Below, one piece after another: positions 26,941-38,014 of a DNA stretch of 64,000 bases. The stretch is from Meyerozyma guilliermondii. Its lineage: Eukaryota. Location: contig CP128820.1 in the NCBI GenBank assembly GCA_051546255.1, positions 496,001 to 560,000 of the forward strand, given 5' to 3'. The translations under genes were made by a program, and so were the position numbers. Numbering within the stretch: the first letter of the stretch is position 1; each line of letters opens with the position of its first letter. The notes under the pieces are model-generated. The model made no database searches. It was given only the letters and a program-made list of their open reading frames with translations, and had not been told where the DNA came from.

Positions 26941-29916
26941 CTAATAGTTACCAGGCAAGTTTCTCTCCCGGTTCAAATGCTTGGTTATATCCTGGGTTCG
27001 AATAGAAACCGGGGCAGTCGACCCCCCAGCTTTGTAGTCCCGGTGCTTGCTTTTCTTTTTATATGGTAACAAACTTTCAGTTTCGGATGCAATATCACAG
27101 TCCGTCTCGTAGCCTCGGTCCCATGGAATGCCCTCTTCTTCTGAGCTTCGTACTCCCATGAAATTGCTTTCCTGTTCTTCTTCGAACGTGTTTGTAGGAC
27201 GACTCATAGGACCCTTTCTTGGTTTTTCAAGACACAAAACTAGCAAGAAAAATACAGCTCCAAATAGGATTAACCCTAAGATAATGCCAACTCCAACACT
27301 GACAAATCCTAGGTGAATGTGCAAGAAGTTATCGTGTTTGGAGTGGTTGAGCCAGTCCAAGTTCAACGGCTTGTTAATAAGGAAAACACAAGTTTGAGCC
27401 TTGCCACTTTGGTCGCCTAACGAACATCCATGCGAAACAACTTTGACTTCATGGTCCTTGTCGTAAGACAGAATTGGGAGGTTGTCTTTTTCGTGAAACT
27501 TCAAGTATGTGGTATCTGAATTTTGGCTGTGTCGGCACGATAGCATAACGTCACTATGGTTAGTGGACAAGAGCCCACTTTGAGCGGTTACCGTATGATC
27601 AGAAAATACACTTCCTCCATCCACACACGAGAGAAGTTTCGGAAGCTCTGAGTTGGGAATAAGGTGCATTTCCAAAAACTCCAAAAGTTCGGGAAACGAA
27701 ACCGTAACGTTGAAATCTTTCAACGACAGCGGCGATGGTATCAAAAGAGAGTGGTTGGGATCGGGTCCAAGAACCATCGACGACAACTTGGGGAACTGTT
27801 CAAGGAAGTCGAGAATATAATGTGCCTTATGAGTGGCCTCGAAAGTAGCCTCGATGAGGTCTCTCGTAGAGATTTGAAGACTTTGAGGAAGAAGAACCTG
27901 ATCAATAGCCTGTATCACTCCTTGGTTGAAAAGAATGTCTCCTGCCAAAGGAAGCTCCAATTGTGTATCATTCAATGTGATATCGTTGCTGTAGGCTTTC
28001 AAGTTCTTGTTTTGGATCTTCAAATCCTCACCTTGAAGAGTTTTGAATGTGGTATTTTCACCCTGGAAATCCGAGTATATCAAACCTTCAACAAAGAGAT
28101 TTTTGACCACTTTTTTGAACTCTTTCTCATTATTGTTCAAATACCGCAAAACCAATCCAAGTCTATCCCAGTGAGTACGAGTACTGGTACCAGCCTTTGA
28201 ATTCGATATTGGCAAAAAAACCGTATACCCTTGGGCATTTTCCGCGAGACTCAAGAGCTTGAATTCCTTGAGTATCTCAATTGTCTTGAAACAACTCAGA
28301 GCGTCCAAGTGCCAGAGATCGTCTTTGTTATCTGTTTTGGATATCATTTGTCCCAAAGTCTGTTTGAAGTTGATTGGCGCATCAATGTCATCGTCTGCAA
28401 AGTAGATGTAAGTATCGTTAACGCAGCGTATTGGCTCTCTTGTTAGATTAACATCGTCGTTTATGGTAGTTGAAACGTTGGATGATGCCACTTTGACCTT
28501 GTAGCAAGAACCCATCTTCTTCTTAGAGCAAAATTTGGAGTCTAGAAGCCGCCTCAGATATCCTTTGAATTCTTGAGCGCCTTCTAAAAACTGATACTGA
28601 AGCGATTGCTTAGCGCTAGTCGAATAGGATCCGTAGGTGGAGCTTTTGAGGTCGTCGGAAATGTCATCTCTCAGGTCGATGTCGATAAAAATGGTTTGGT
28701 TTGAAGATGAGCCATTAATCAAGGATTCTAGGTTATGTAGCTCCAATTCCTGAACGAAGTGAGAAAGATGTAACGCATAAAGTGCCTTTCGAGGGATCAT
28801 AGGTGCAAGAGAAATACTAAGGGAGTCGAAGAATTTGTGCTTCTGGTCATCAAAGATATGGAGCACTTTATCGGAAGCCACAGCACTCGTGGACGCAATT
28901 ACCTGGTCGTTCAATAGTAGCCTGCTACTATTAGTTGCCAAGCTGGTGTTATAAATAGTTCCTGATGGTGCCTTATAAGCTTTTCCGGTTCCATTTGCAC
29001 CTAAAATGTATTCAGGAATTAGTAGGTTGTTGAGCAAAGAAGTGACATCTCGCTTCATTTCCTTGACTGCATCCTTGGTGGTGTCAAAATCAGGATTCAT
29101 AAAGTCATGATAAAGAGCGAGGTAATAGCGTCGTTGTAACTTTGAAAGCGAGCTGTTCACATACGAGTCTGACGGTATGAACACTGTTTTGGTTTTGTTC
29201 AAAAACTCGCTACACGTCTCAGGTACGACTGGGTATTTGGGATGCTTCTTCTTCTTTTTCTTCTTCTTCTCTGCAACTTCCACATCTTCTTCACTGAATA
29301 AGATCTGAAAGAGTTGTTGAACAAAAGTAATAGCATGTCCATCCACCTGGTAATTGCCCATGAGTATTTCACAAGCTGAGGGTCGCTCGGGTAGAAGCCT
29401 GTCAATTCCTTGAATAAATGACTGTTGGTGTTTGGCGTAAACGTCAGGTTCTACAATTGCAGCAATCTTATCGACAACATATTCTTGCAGGTCAAAGTCG
29501 GGGGATATGCTGATAGTATAATTTCCTGAAGGTGTTTGGGAAAGTGTCTCAAATAGCATCTCTTTCTTCCCCATATATCCCACACGAACTCTTTGGTTGA
29601 TGATGTAGCGCAAGAGTGAATTTGGGTCAAAATTGTTGGCTTCATCCTCGGCAAAAGCCAGGTTTATTGGAGCAAGAAGGGTCACGTTGCCCAAACCGTT
29701 TATGATAGGCACCATACCATTTCTCTGTAACATTCGAAGAAAATAGGAATATTCAATATCGGCCGAAAGAACATCAATGATCGTTGAAGGTGTAGGCAGT
29801 GGATCCAAACTAGTCGTTTCTGTAGGCCGAGAGTATCCCGGGGAAACAAGGAGCAACAAGGCAGCAAGAAGTGCCGTGAACGGTCCCCGCTTCCATATTT
29901 CGAAGACCCCAATCAT
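26941..29916 (-). CDS. FAS1 (fasciclin) multi-domain membrane protein, YLR001C-like
   Basis: Signal-like N-terminus, TLLAPIN, IQGIDRLL, GYTVFLP, GVIQAIDQVLLP, C-terminal TM; start uncertain (29916 or 30006). Confidence 0.85.
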   Translation of the reverse strand: MIGVFEIWKRGPFTALLAALLLLVSPGYSRPTETTSLDPLPTPSTIIDVLSADIEYSYFLRMLQRNGMVPIINGLGNVTLLAPINLAFAEDEANNFDPNSLLRYIINQRVRVGYMGKKEMLFETLSQTPSGNYTISISPDFDLQEYVVDKIAAIVEPDVYAKHQQSFIQGIDRLLPERPSACEILMGNYQVDGHAITFVQQLFQILFSEEDVEVAEKKKKKKKKHPKYPVVPETCSEFLNKTKTVFIPSDSYVNSSLSKLQRRYYLALYHDFMNPDFDTTKDAVKEMKRDVTSLLNNLLIPEYILGANGTGKAYKAPSGTIYNTSLATNSSRLLLNDQVIASTSAVASDKVLHIFDDQKHKFFDSLSISLAPMIPRKALYALHLSHFVQELELHNLESLINGSSSNQTIFIDIDLRDDISDDLKSSTYGSYSTSAKQSLQYQFLEGAQEFKGYLRRLLDSKFCSKKKMGSCYKVKVASSNVSTTINDDVNLTREPIRCVNDTYIYFADDDIDAPINFKQTLGQMISKTDNKDDLWHLDALSCFKTIEILKEFKLLSLAENAQGYTVFLPISNSKAGTSTRTHWDRLGLVLRYLNNNEKEFKKVVKNLFVEGLIYSDFQGENTTFKTLQGEDLKIQNKNLKAYSNDITLNDTQLELPLAGDILFNQGVIQAIDQVLLPQSLQISTRDLIEATFEATHKAHYILDFLEQFPKLSSMVLGPDPNHSLLIPSPLSLKDFNVTVSFPELLEFLEMHLIPNSELPKLLSCVDGGSVFSDHTVTAQSGLLSTNHSDVMLSCRHSQNSDTTYLKFHEKDNLPILSYDKDHEVKVVSHGCSLGDQSGKAQTCVFLINKPLNLDWLNHSKHDNFLHIHLGFVSVGVGIILGLILFGAVFFLLVLCLEKPRKGPMSRPTNTFEEEQESNFMGVRSSEEEGIPWDRGYETDCDIASETESLLPYKKKSKHRDYKAGGSTAPVSIRTQDITKHLNRERNLPGNY

Positions 29917-30173
29917 AAAAGATCGTAGATAGCAGTAGTTGAAACGATAACAGAAAGTGTGCTGTGCAGGATTTCGCAGACGACCCCACGGTGTTACGGA
30001 AGCCATCAGAGATGGTAGAGACGATATAGCAAGATATAGCAAGGTAAGAAAGAACAAGCAAGGTTCTTAGCAAGTGAATTCTATAGCAATTAAATGAATT
30101 TTGGAGTTTCGGCCTTTCAAATGAATTTTTACACTTTAGCCTTTTCCTTTTATAGCCTTTTTCTTTCTGCCGG

Positions 30174-31955
30174 TTAGAAAACGAAGACGGCCCAGGTTCC
30201 CACAATCCCTGCAATTGAACACACAGCGATGGCTGTCCACACTGCAAACCTCTCTGAAGCTGATGTGGTGTCCCGGCAGAGTTTGAGGTAGAAAAGTCCA
30301 GGCAAAATAACGCAAACAAGGAAGCAAATTGATGCTCCAAGTATACCGATCACACGGTCGAATTCTGGAAAGAGTATAGCCAATCCGACAAATAAGGCGT
30401 TGACACCAATGCGGACGAGAAATCTGCCCATTAGTTTCAACGTTCCAAGAAATGCTGGCGTATCTTCAAGTGCATGCAATGATAAAAGCGAGTCTAAAGT
30501 GGATATTATAGGTTTTGCATTCAACGGGGTTTTCGCCAACGGTATGAGGCAGATCAAGCCACTGAGCACAGGATAGCACCATGAAGGATAACCTGCTGTG
30601 GTCAACAAGTTGTTCGTAATTTCGTTACTGCACTTACTACCAAACATCAAAAAGCCAATGATGCCCATACTAAGGTCTGTAATCAAGGTAATGCTGTAGG
30701 TTTTTTTGAGGGTTTCAGTAAACCGATAGGGGTGTCTCATGTCACTTTTCAAGTTTGGAAAGATTGCGTGGCCTCCAAAGGGAGCCATGAGAATACCAAT
30801 TGCCAAAAGTAAATCGGGGATCGATTGCGGCCACATATTAGTCGGCATTATGGATACTAAGGATCCCGGTGCTGTTGGTTTCAAGAAGCCACAAGCAAGC
30901 ACTAGAAGCGTAATGGAGATGGTAGCCATTATTCCAAAGAGTGAAAAAACAGACAACACCGAGAGTGGTAGAAATGTGAATGGAGTCAACACAAAGAAGC
31001 TGAGTAGCTTGAACCGGGTTGTGGTCCATCCAGTTTCATCATTTCCGACGAGGGCATAGATCGAGTCCGAGAGCAACACAATCAAAGCCACCCCAGCGCC
31101 TATCAAGTCGACGGAAAAAATGACAGAAATGAGCAACTTTGCCATAGATCCGTAGGATGCAAAGCCCAAATCAGCATAGGTCATGATGGTTGCATCGGTA
31201 TCCATAGACTTGGAGAGGAGAGTTGCCAGCCAGTAAGTGAGAGTTCCGCAAAGAGCCAAAAGAGGCACTCCTATTACCCAGCCCGCCTTAAGAATGCCCA
31301 CAGGAAGTGCCAAGAGACCCACGCCTATGAGCACGTTGATGGAGTTGAAGATCGTTTGCGGAGCGGTCGACTGTCCCGCAACCACTGTGACCACGTTTCC
31401 ATCTCGATCTTCGATTTTCTTGAGATTGAAATGCGATGCCGTCGTAGCAATGGAAAACGAAGACCGCAAGCTGGCAAACGACTTTGCAGGCATGAGCTTT
31501 CGAACAGTGTCACTGGCGTCGCCGTGGATGGGGATTCCGCTGCTTGTGTATGACGAGGAATGGCGAGTTCTTGTCGTGTTAAGCGCTGAAAGAATTTCAT
31601 CCTGGTAAAAAACATCATTATTTGGCAGCAAAGCCGACTCGTAAGCAGACATAAACAGCTGGTTTCGCAAGGGCAAGTCCTGGATCACCGTACTGAGGCG
31701 TTCACCTCGACGAGACGGCATCATGAGTTCCGCATCATAAGTTTCGTCGTCTAAATCGCCATGTTCTCCAGGCAGCGAAACAAAAAAAGATCTTTTTTTG
31801 TGGATATCATTGTCGATCTTGGAGGCTACGAAGTTCTGTGCTCTTGTGAACGAACTGGCAAAGTTGTGGAGCGAATTGGGACCCTTGAAAGACCCGATCG
31901 GAGTGTCCAAGAAGGTGTGAGATTGGCGACGTCCATTGAGTGGTTCGGACTCCAT
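30174..31955 (-). CDS. AVT1: Vacuolar neutral amino acid transporter
   Basis: GQSTAPQTIFNSINVLIGVGLLALP, FGGHAIFP, KTPLNAKPI. Confidence 0.92.
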   Translation of the reverse strand: MESEPLNGRRQSHTFLDTPIGSFKGPNSLHNFASSFTRAQNFVASKIDNDIHKKRSFFVSLPGEHGDLDDETYDAELMMPSRRGERLSTVIQDLPLRNQLFMSAYESALLPNNDVFYQDEILSALNTTRTRHSSSYTSSGIPIHGDASDTVRKLMPAKSFASLRSSFSIATTASHFNLKKIEDRDGNVVTVVAGQSTAPQTIFNSINVLIGVGLLALPVGILKAGWVIGVPLLALCGTLTYWLATLLSKSMDTDATIMTYADLGFASYGSMAKLLISVIFSVDLIGAGVALIVLLSDSIYALVGNDETGWTTTRFKLLSFFVLTPFTFLPLSVLSVFSLFGIMATISITLLVLACGFLKPTAPGSLVSIMPTNMWPQSIPDLLLAIGILMAPFGGHAIFPNLKSDMRHPYRFTETLKKTYSITLITDLSMGIIGFLMFGSKCSNEITNNLLTTAGYPSWCYPVLSGLICLIPLAKTPLNAKPIISTLDSLLSLHALEDTPAFLGTLKLMGRFLVRIGVNALFVGLAILFPEFDRVIGILGASICFLVCVILPGLFYLKLCRDTTSASERFAVWTAIAVCSIAGIVGTWAVFVF

Positions 31956-32405
31956 GACCAGCTCCGGATGTTGAATCGGGTTCTAGGTGCGTGAAAATGG
32001 GAAATCCACAAGAAGTTGTCACCAAAAAATCTGCAAAAATAAACAAATTCAACAAACAATCACACACGAGAATACTTGCGTTATCTCTATTTTTCGTGCC
32101 GGACCTCGCACCCGTGCACCGACGCACCGCGTTCCGCCGCCAACCACCATTGATAACGTCAAGAGTCACAAGAAAGGACGAGTCAGTGGGAGTTACTTGC
32201 ACACTTTATAGAGCACCAGGGGTATTGCGGGCGTTTTTTTCGTTCCTTGAAGATCGTAGAATTATATTTAGGTGCCAAAAGGTACCATACAGGAACAAAC
32301 CGTCCCTAGCTCGTTGATCCATAGTTTTGGCATATTTTTCACATTTTAATTTTCCAATTTTCCCCACCAATTTCGAAGTTGAAATCACAAAACTCACACA
32401 CAGAT

Positions 32406-33563
32406 ATGAACCCGCTACAAAGATTATGGGGCTCGATTATTTCTCCGGAGAGAGATCTTTCTGCTGCACAAAAATGGGTGTTGGGACTTCTCAACCTCAC
32501 ATCGGTGGTGATATTTTGGGTGCTATCACTGTTTCTTGTCAGTGATCTTTTTGAGCTGAATATCTACCGAAAGCCGTTTTTGATCACCTTCATCAACACC
32601 AGCTGCTTTATCTTCTATCTTGTGCCGTATTTGAGGTCGGAAAAAATATCACTTTTTGAGTTGATATCACGAGTTAAATACCAGTCTGCGGGCCACCAGC
32701 AAGTGCTGAGCACCGTGCACGAAGACTACGGCAGCAACGAAAATTTGGCTGGAATGGTAGTTCCAGAAGCTGCAAAAACTGAACAAATCTCAGAATACGA
32801 GACCGTCAAGCTTTCTCTACAATTCATCTCCTTGTGGTTTGGTGCCAATCTCGTCACCAATGCGTCGTTGTCGTACACCTCTGTTGCTTCTCAGACCATC
32901 TTGTCGACGACATCGTCATTTTTCACGCTTATAATCGGCTTTTTGTACTCGATCGAACGCATCAACAGACTGAAAGTACTTGGTATAGTGCTAAGTTTTG
33001 TCGGCGTAACCATCGTCACAAAGTTGGATGCGCTGACATCAGACCTGGTTCCCAACACCCCCACCACCGGACTCTTGGTTCTTTGGGGAAACGCACTAGC
33101 GTTGTTGGGTGCCCTCATCTATGGAATCTACACCATTTTGTTGAAATTCAAAACCATGGCGCGGCTGTCGGGTCAGGAAAGAACTCTCGATACTCACCTC
33201 TTTTTTGGGTTCGTTGGACTTTTTTGTCTTGTTACACTCTGGCCATTCGTTATCTTCTTCCATTTCACCGGCATTGAAACTTTCGAACTTCCTCCTTCTA
33301 AACATGTTGTTGTTCTCCTCTTGGTCAATGCCTTCATAACTTTTGTCAGCGACTTCTGCTGGTGCCGGGCCGTGCTTTTAACGTCTCCACTTACCGTTAC
33401 TGTTGGACTTTCAATGACTATTCCTCTCGCCATGATTGGAGATTGGCTCGTAAAGGGCTTCAATGTCGACTTGCTATACTTGCTCGGAGCCTTGACCGTA
33501 ACACTGGGCTTTCTCATCATCAACCAAGACGAACGCCAAGATTTCGTCGACGAAACTACATAG
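32406..33563 (+). CDS. EamA/SLC35F-type transporter (Thi74/YML018C-like)
   Basis: YRKPFLIT, SLSYTSVASQTILS, LLTSPLTVTVGLSMTIPLA; first ATG 32406. Confidence 0.88.
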   Translation: MNPLQRLWGSIISPERDLSAAQKWVLGLLNLTSVVIFWVLSLFLVSDLFELNIYRKPFLITFINTSCFIFYLVPYLRSEKISLFELISRVKYQSAGHQQVLSTVHEDYGSNENLAGMVVPEAAKTEQISEYETVKLSLQFISLWFGANLVTNASLSYTSVASQTILSTTSSFFTLIIGFLYSIERINRLKVLGIVLSFVGVTIVTKLDALTSDLVPNTPTTGLLVLWGNALALLGALIYGIYTILLKFKTMARLSGQERTLDTHLFFGFVGLFCLVTLWPFVIFFHFTGIETFELPPSKHVVVLLLVNAFITFVSDFCWCRAVLLTSPLTVTVGLSMTIPLAMIGDWLVKGFNVDLLYLLGALTVTLGFLIINQDERQDFVDETT

Positions 33564-33644
33564 ACTATGACTCTCCATATTTCACATCCATACACCGCAG
33601 TATATGTCAAATCTCAAGTTTCAATTTCTCGTAGCCACAGAATC

Positions 33645-34688
33645 ATGCTAGTGTTCCGAGCATTGGCGCTTTTCTGCGCCTCAATGGCGTTCGTGGGTGC
33701 TACCGTGGTACTGTCGCTACGCGAGAGTGCACTCAACTCGCCTAATTTTATCATAGAAGCGACTAACTCTGATCTTTCACTTTTCAGCGGTCCTAGGTCG
33801 TACTACACTTTACTCATATTAACGTCTACAGACCCCCGCCACGAGTGTGAATTGTGCTTGTTGCTTGAAAACATAGTCGCTAAGGTGTCTAGGTCGTATT
33901 TCCGGGACCATTTTGCCAGTGATCTGGTTTTCATAGCCAAAGTCGATATTGTGGATCGTACAAATATCGATATTTTCGACCTGCTTGGGTTGTCAGAGAT
34001 CCCCCATATATGGCTTGTGCCACCTTCGCATCGTATAGGCAACTTGGAAGCCGATAATGAGTCGTGGGAAGACAAGTTGTACATCTTGAAGCAACCGCAC
34101 TTGGAGTTTAAGCTTCCAATTGCCAACGAAAATACCCAAGTCATGGCCATGGCGCAATGGCTCGCAGAGACGATCCTGAAACCCATCCATGTGGAAGCGG
34201 CGGACGGGGGAATGTACTATTTTGTTCGCAATTTTGCAATCACATTTGCGCTCATTCTCATTGTGAAAAAACGGGGTCCACGAGCTTTCAAAAACGCTGG
34301 AAAAAAGCCGGTATACTCCATTTTGGCTATAGTTGCAGTGCTACTATTCACGTCTGGATATCACTATACAACGCTGCAAAAAGTGCCCTTTGTCGCTCAG
34401 AACGACGACCGACAATTCATATACATTTCGGGCGGCAGCCACTACCAATTTGGAATTGAAACTTTGATAGTAGCAGCAAACTACCTTGCACTAGCATCTG
34501 CTACGCTATTATTGATTTTTCTTGGCCGTTATAAGGTAAAATCTACACGATTTATTCACAGTGAAAATATGCGAGCGACGTTAATTTCAGTCACTGCTGT
34601 TGCAATTTTTCTACTTTTTAGCTGCTTGACGTCCATTGTCTTGAGAAAAGACCACGAGTACCCCTATGCATTTGCAAGACTATTTTAG
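33645..34688 (+). CDS. OST6: Oligosaccharyltransferase subunit, Ost3/Ost6 family
   Basis: Signal peptide, thioredoxin-like CELC, four TMs, YQFGIE, K..EYPY end; neighbours match S. cerevisiae OST6. Confidence 0.85.
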   Translation: MLVFRALALFCASMAFVGATVVLSLRESALNSPNFIIEATNSDLSLFSGPRSYYTLLILTSTDPRHECELCLLLENIVAKVSRSYFRDHFASDLVFIAKVDIVDRTNIDIFDLLGLSEIPHIWLVPPSHRIGNLEADNESWEDKLYILKQPHLEFKLPIANENTQVMAMAQWLAETILKPIHVEAADGGMYYFVRNFAITFALILIVKKRGPRAFKNAGKKPVYSILAIVAVLLFTSGYHYTTLQKVPFVAQNDDRQFIYISGGSHYQFGIETLIVAANYLALASATLLLIFLGRYKVKSTRFIHSENMRATLISVTAVAIFLLFSCLTSIVLRKDHEYPYAFARLF

Positions 34689-34760
34689 TTCAATTGCTGC
34701 AAATTCTGTAGCACCTTTGGCTCATGTTGAACATCCGTACACCAGCTTATATTTCAACTT

Positions 34761-34774
34761 CGCGATTTACGCGT
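34761..34774. promoter_or_regulatory. MCB element(s) upstream of UNG1
   Basis: CGCG 34761-34764 and ACGCGT 34769-34774. Confidence 0.55.
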
Positions 34775-34785
34775 AAAAGGTCAAG

Positions 34786-35829
34786 ATGACGACGTTGAAG
34801 CGGGCAGCAGTTCAGGGCGCAAGTGTTGTTTCCAAGAAACCCAAGACCATCACTGACTTCTTCCGGTCACTGGAAACGATAAGAACCGTTTCAACTTCAT
34901 CCAAACTACCCCAAACCCAAAAATCACCACTTCCCAAGCCTTCTCAACAAACTCCAAATTCCACTCACGATGTTTCTGATGACCCAGACTACTCCAAGTT
35001 TTGCTCCCAGCATAACTTCAACAAAGAAGAATGGGTGGCACTGCTTTCGGAAGAACAAAAATCACTTCTTGCACTTGAAATAGCCAATCTCCATGTTTCA
35101 TGGCTCGCTTTTCTTCACAAAACAATCACCCAGCCATACTTTCTCAACTTGAAACGGTTTCTTGCCAAGCAAGTGGGCAAAACCATTTTTCCGCCGTCGT
35201 CACAAGTTTATTCTTGGTCACATTACACTCCACTTCCTACCGTCAAATGTATAATAATGGGCCAGGATCCATACCATAATCACAACCAGGCCCATGGGCT
35301 AGCCTTTTCAGTCCTCGAACCCACGCGTCCTCCCCCGCTGCTTTTGAACATATACAAGGCACTCAAGTTAGATTTCCCCTCGTTTGAAGTTCCCGACTAC
35401 AAAACGTTGGCTAGTGCCGGCAAGCCTGGAGGCGGCAACTTGACCAAATGGGCCAAGAACGGGGTGCTCATGCTCAATGCTGTGCTCACGGTGGAGAGCC
35501 ACAAGGCCAACAGCCACGCTGGCCAGGGATGGGAGAAATTCACCGAGGAGGTTTTGCGGGTTGCAATCGAGTACTGTGCAAAAACACCAAATAATGGCAT
35601 TGCAATAATGGCATGGGGCTCCCCGGCCCAGAAACGAGTGCTGATGTTCAACAAGCAATTGGCAGACTCCAACAAATATATCGTGATTAAGAGTGTACAC
35701 CCTTCTCCGCTTTCGGCCAGCAGAGGATGGTTTGATCTGCATGTGTTCCGCCAATGCAATGAGTGGATGGGAGAGCACGGGTACACGAAGGTGGACTGGG
35801 GGGTGATGGAGGGCAATGTTGTGGAGTAG
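34786..35829 (+). CDS. UNG1: Uracil-DNA glycosylase
   Basis: GQDPYH, AHGLAFS, PP[CTG=S]LLNI, HPSPLSA. Confidence 0.97.
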   Translation: MTTLKRAAVQGASVVSKKPKTITDFFRSLETIRTVSTSSKLPQTQKSPLPKPSQQTPNSTHDVSDDPDYSKFCSQHNFNKEEWVALLSEEQKSLLALEIANLHVSWLAFLHKTITQPYFLNLKRFLAKQVGKTIFPPSSQVYSWSHYTPLPTVKCIIMGQDPYHNHNQAHGLAFSVLEPTRPPPLLLNIYKALKLDFPSFEVPDYKTLASAGKPGGGNLTKWAKNGVLMLNAVLTVESHKANSHAGQGWEKFTEEVLRVAIEYCAKTPNNGIAIMAWGSPAQKRVLMFNKQLADSNKYIVIKSVHPSPLSASRGWFDLHVFRQCNEWMGEHGYTKVDWGVMEGNVVE

Positions 35830-36295
35830 AGATACAGAAGAAGAAAAGGAGAACAAGAAGAAGAAAAAGATGTACCAGAAGAACAAAGCAGATGAGTACC
35901 AAAAGAGACCCAAACAATATTAGAATAATACATCCACCAATTCAGCACTGTCTTCGCCTTCTTCTGTTTACCTAACCAATTGGTTCTTGGCAACCTATAC
36001 TTGCCTAAGACTCAAGAAAGTTCAGCTCGCAATGTCCACTCTGTTCCGTTCTTCTCTCTCTTGTTCACACCATGCTCGTGATACACAGCCTCTGATACAT
36101 GTAGCATATAATATATAAGACATAGGTCATAACTGTGGTAGATATAGCAATGTGAAGAACGTGTTCTTCTATTTGGGTCCCGTTACACAATCTGCTACCG
36201 GATGTGCGCATAGGATGATAAAAATTTCGCCTGGTATTGAGTTCATAATTCATGCGCTCGATAACATGAGATCTCACGGAAGATTCAGACATGGA

Positions 36296-38014
36296 TTACA
36301 TCAGTCGTCCTAATTTTTCACCGCTACCCGAAAGCCAGTCAATTTGGTTTTTGGCAAATGTGCAAAGCTCTTCCATGTTTTGGTCTTTAAGATGAGGAAA
36401 CTCAATTCTTTCTTCGCATAAAATTCTGTGAATCCGAGACCATTGGTCTAACTCAAAATCGACTTTCTTGTCGTCCTTTCCTTCCTTTTCCCCAGGTCTG
36501 ATGTAACTTAATCCATTGAACAACCTATACCGAAGCTTTTTGGCATCCTTGTCATATAATTCGTCCCGACTCCAGAGATCCAAAGGGTCAAGCTTCGGAA
36601 AGTTGCAATGCAAAAACATCACCGACTCAACATCATGGGTGTCGAACTCTTTTCCCATGACGTCGTCAATATGCTTGGCTTGTTCCTTAAAAGATTTTGG
36701 TTTAGTAGGATATGGCACATCGATAAAGTTAGCCTTGTATTTCCTGTGATCAATTAATGGACTTTTCTGTCCCATTGCCACGCCACGAAATTCGCCATTT
36801 TTATCAAAGTAACCATATGTCCTTATTAGCGACTTTACCTGATAAAACGACTGGTTTGCTGCAACAGCAGCAGCTAAAAATGTATCTTTGTCACCCTCTC
36901 CAGGCTCACCCAAGGAGAACAATTTATAATACAAGTGAGGTCCAAAGACATTATAGTACAATGATAGCATCAATGTGTGGGCGTGCAGTTCCTTGTTGAT
37001 GAACAACTGGCCAGATTCTGTAGAAGGGTTTGGTACCGTCCCTTCGAGATCATGATAAGGAACGGAGTTGACATCATCGACATTGGAAGTTCCAACAACA
37101 TGAAGTGGCATTCGATTGTACCAGACACGGAGGTGCTCATTAACCTTGATTCCTGCGATATCGTAATAGTGTGGTGAAATTGTTCGTTTCCAATAATCCG
37201 GCCAGGTTATCATACCACATTCTTGATAAAGCTTGCTTTCAAATACGTCGTCTGGCTTTTGTATTGCCATATTATCAGAATCAAGCAAAAGAATATGCTG
37301 AAAGGACGATGCTATCATGGCCAACGATTTTAGTTGGTAGGATGCCAACTCAGAGGACCAATTCTTCATTACCGTGGGACCGAGAATTTCAGGAATTATC
37401 CGGCAACGGGCATTAATTTTGGGCAAGACCTTGACACAAAAGTCTGTTTCTTTCTCAAAATCTTCAAAAGAAGGAAGCATTATTTCTACGGGAATGTTCA
37501 GACCAGTTGCTCGAAGCTCTTGAATGGACAAGTAGGAGAGCCACGAAAAGCGTCCTCCTCCAACCATTACTATGCCCTTGGAACCTTTCCGGTAAGTCTT
37601 CCATAACGATTGTACAGGAAGATCCCGCAAAACCTGCTGATGCTTTGTTTGAAGTTCCTTGAGAGTATTGTCCGAAATCACCGCTCTCGACAATAAAGCT
37701 GCGCGGGTTTTTCCTTTCACCTGCTTCGATTTTTCCGTGTAACGAATAAGTTCACTGGACTCCAAATTGGGGATTTTTGGTCGGTTTTCGGAGAACAATT
37801 GGAATACGCTTGACCAATAGTCATTCTCTACATGTAAGTTGTTTGGCCACAATGAGTTTAAAGGTGAAGGGGCTTTTGGTATGGCGCTTCCTTCGCTTAA
37901 AAATTCATTTCCGAGAGAGAAGGCATTTTTAAGCGAATAGAACACAAGACCAACCACAACAAGAAGTACCAAAATGCGCACTTTTTGTCTTCCAACATAT
38001 GAAAGAAATGACAT
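36296..38014 (-). CDS. Alpha-1,2-mannosyltransferase, Mnn2 family (GT71)
   Basis: Type II TM anchor, GIVMVGGG, LLLDSDN, WPDYW, STESGQ, GEGDKDTF, FLHCN; paralog not assignable. Confidence 0.9.
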   Translation of the reverse strand: MSFLSYVGRQKVRILVLLVVVGLVFYSLKNAFSLGNEFLSEGSAIPKAPSPLNSLWPNNLHVENDYWSSVFQLFSENRPKIPNLESSELIRYTEKSKQVKGKTRAALLSRAVISDNTLKELQTKHQQVLRDLPVQSLWKTYRKGSKGIVMVGGGRFSWLSYLSIQELRATGLNIPVEIMLPSFEDFEKETDFCVKVLPKINARCRIIPEILGPTVMKNWSSELASYQLKSLAMIASSFQHILLLDSDNMAIQKPDDVFESKLYQECGMITWPDYWKRTISPHYYDIAGIKVNEHLRVWYNRMPLHVVGTSNVDDVNSVPYHDLEGTVPNPSTESGQLFINKELHAHTLMLSLYYNVFGPHLYYKLFSLGEPGEGDKDTFLAAAVAANQSFYQVKSLIRTYGYFDKNGEFRGVAMGQKSPLIDHRKYKANFIDVPYPTKPKSFKEQAKHIDDVMGKEFDTHDVESVMFLHCNFPKLDPLDLWSRDELYDKDAKKLRYRLFNGLSYIRPGEKEGKDDKKVDFELDQWSRIHRILCEERIEFPHLKDQNMEELCTFAKNQIDWLSGSGEKLGRLM

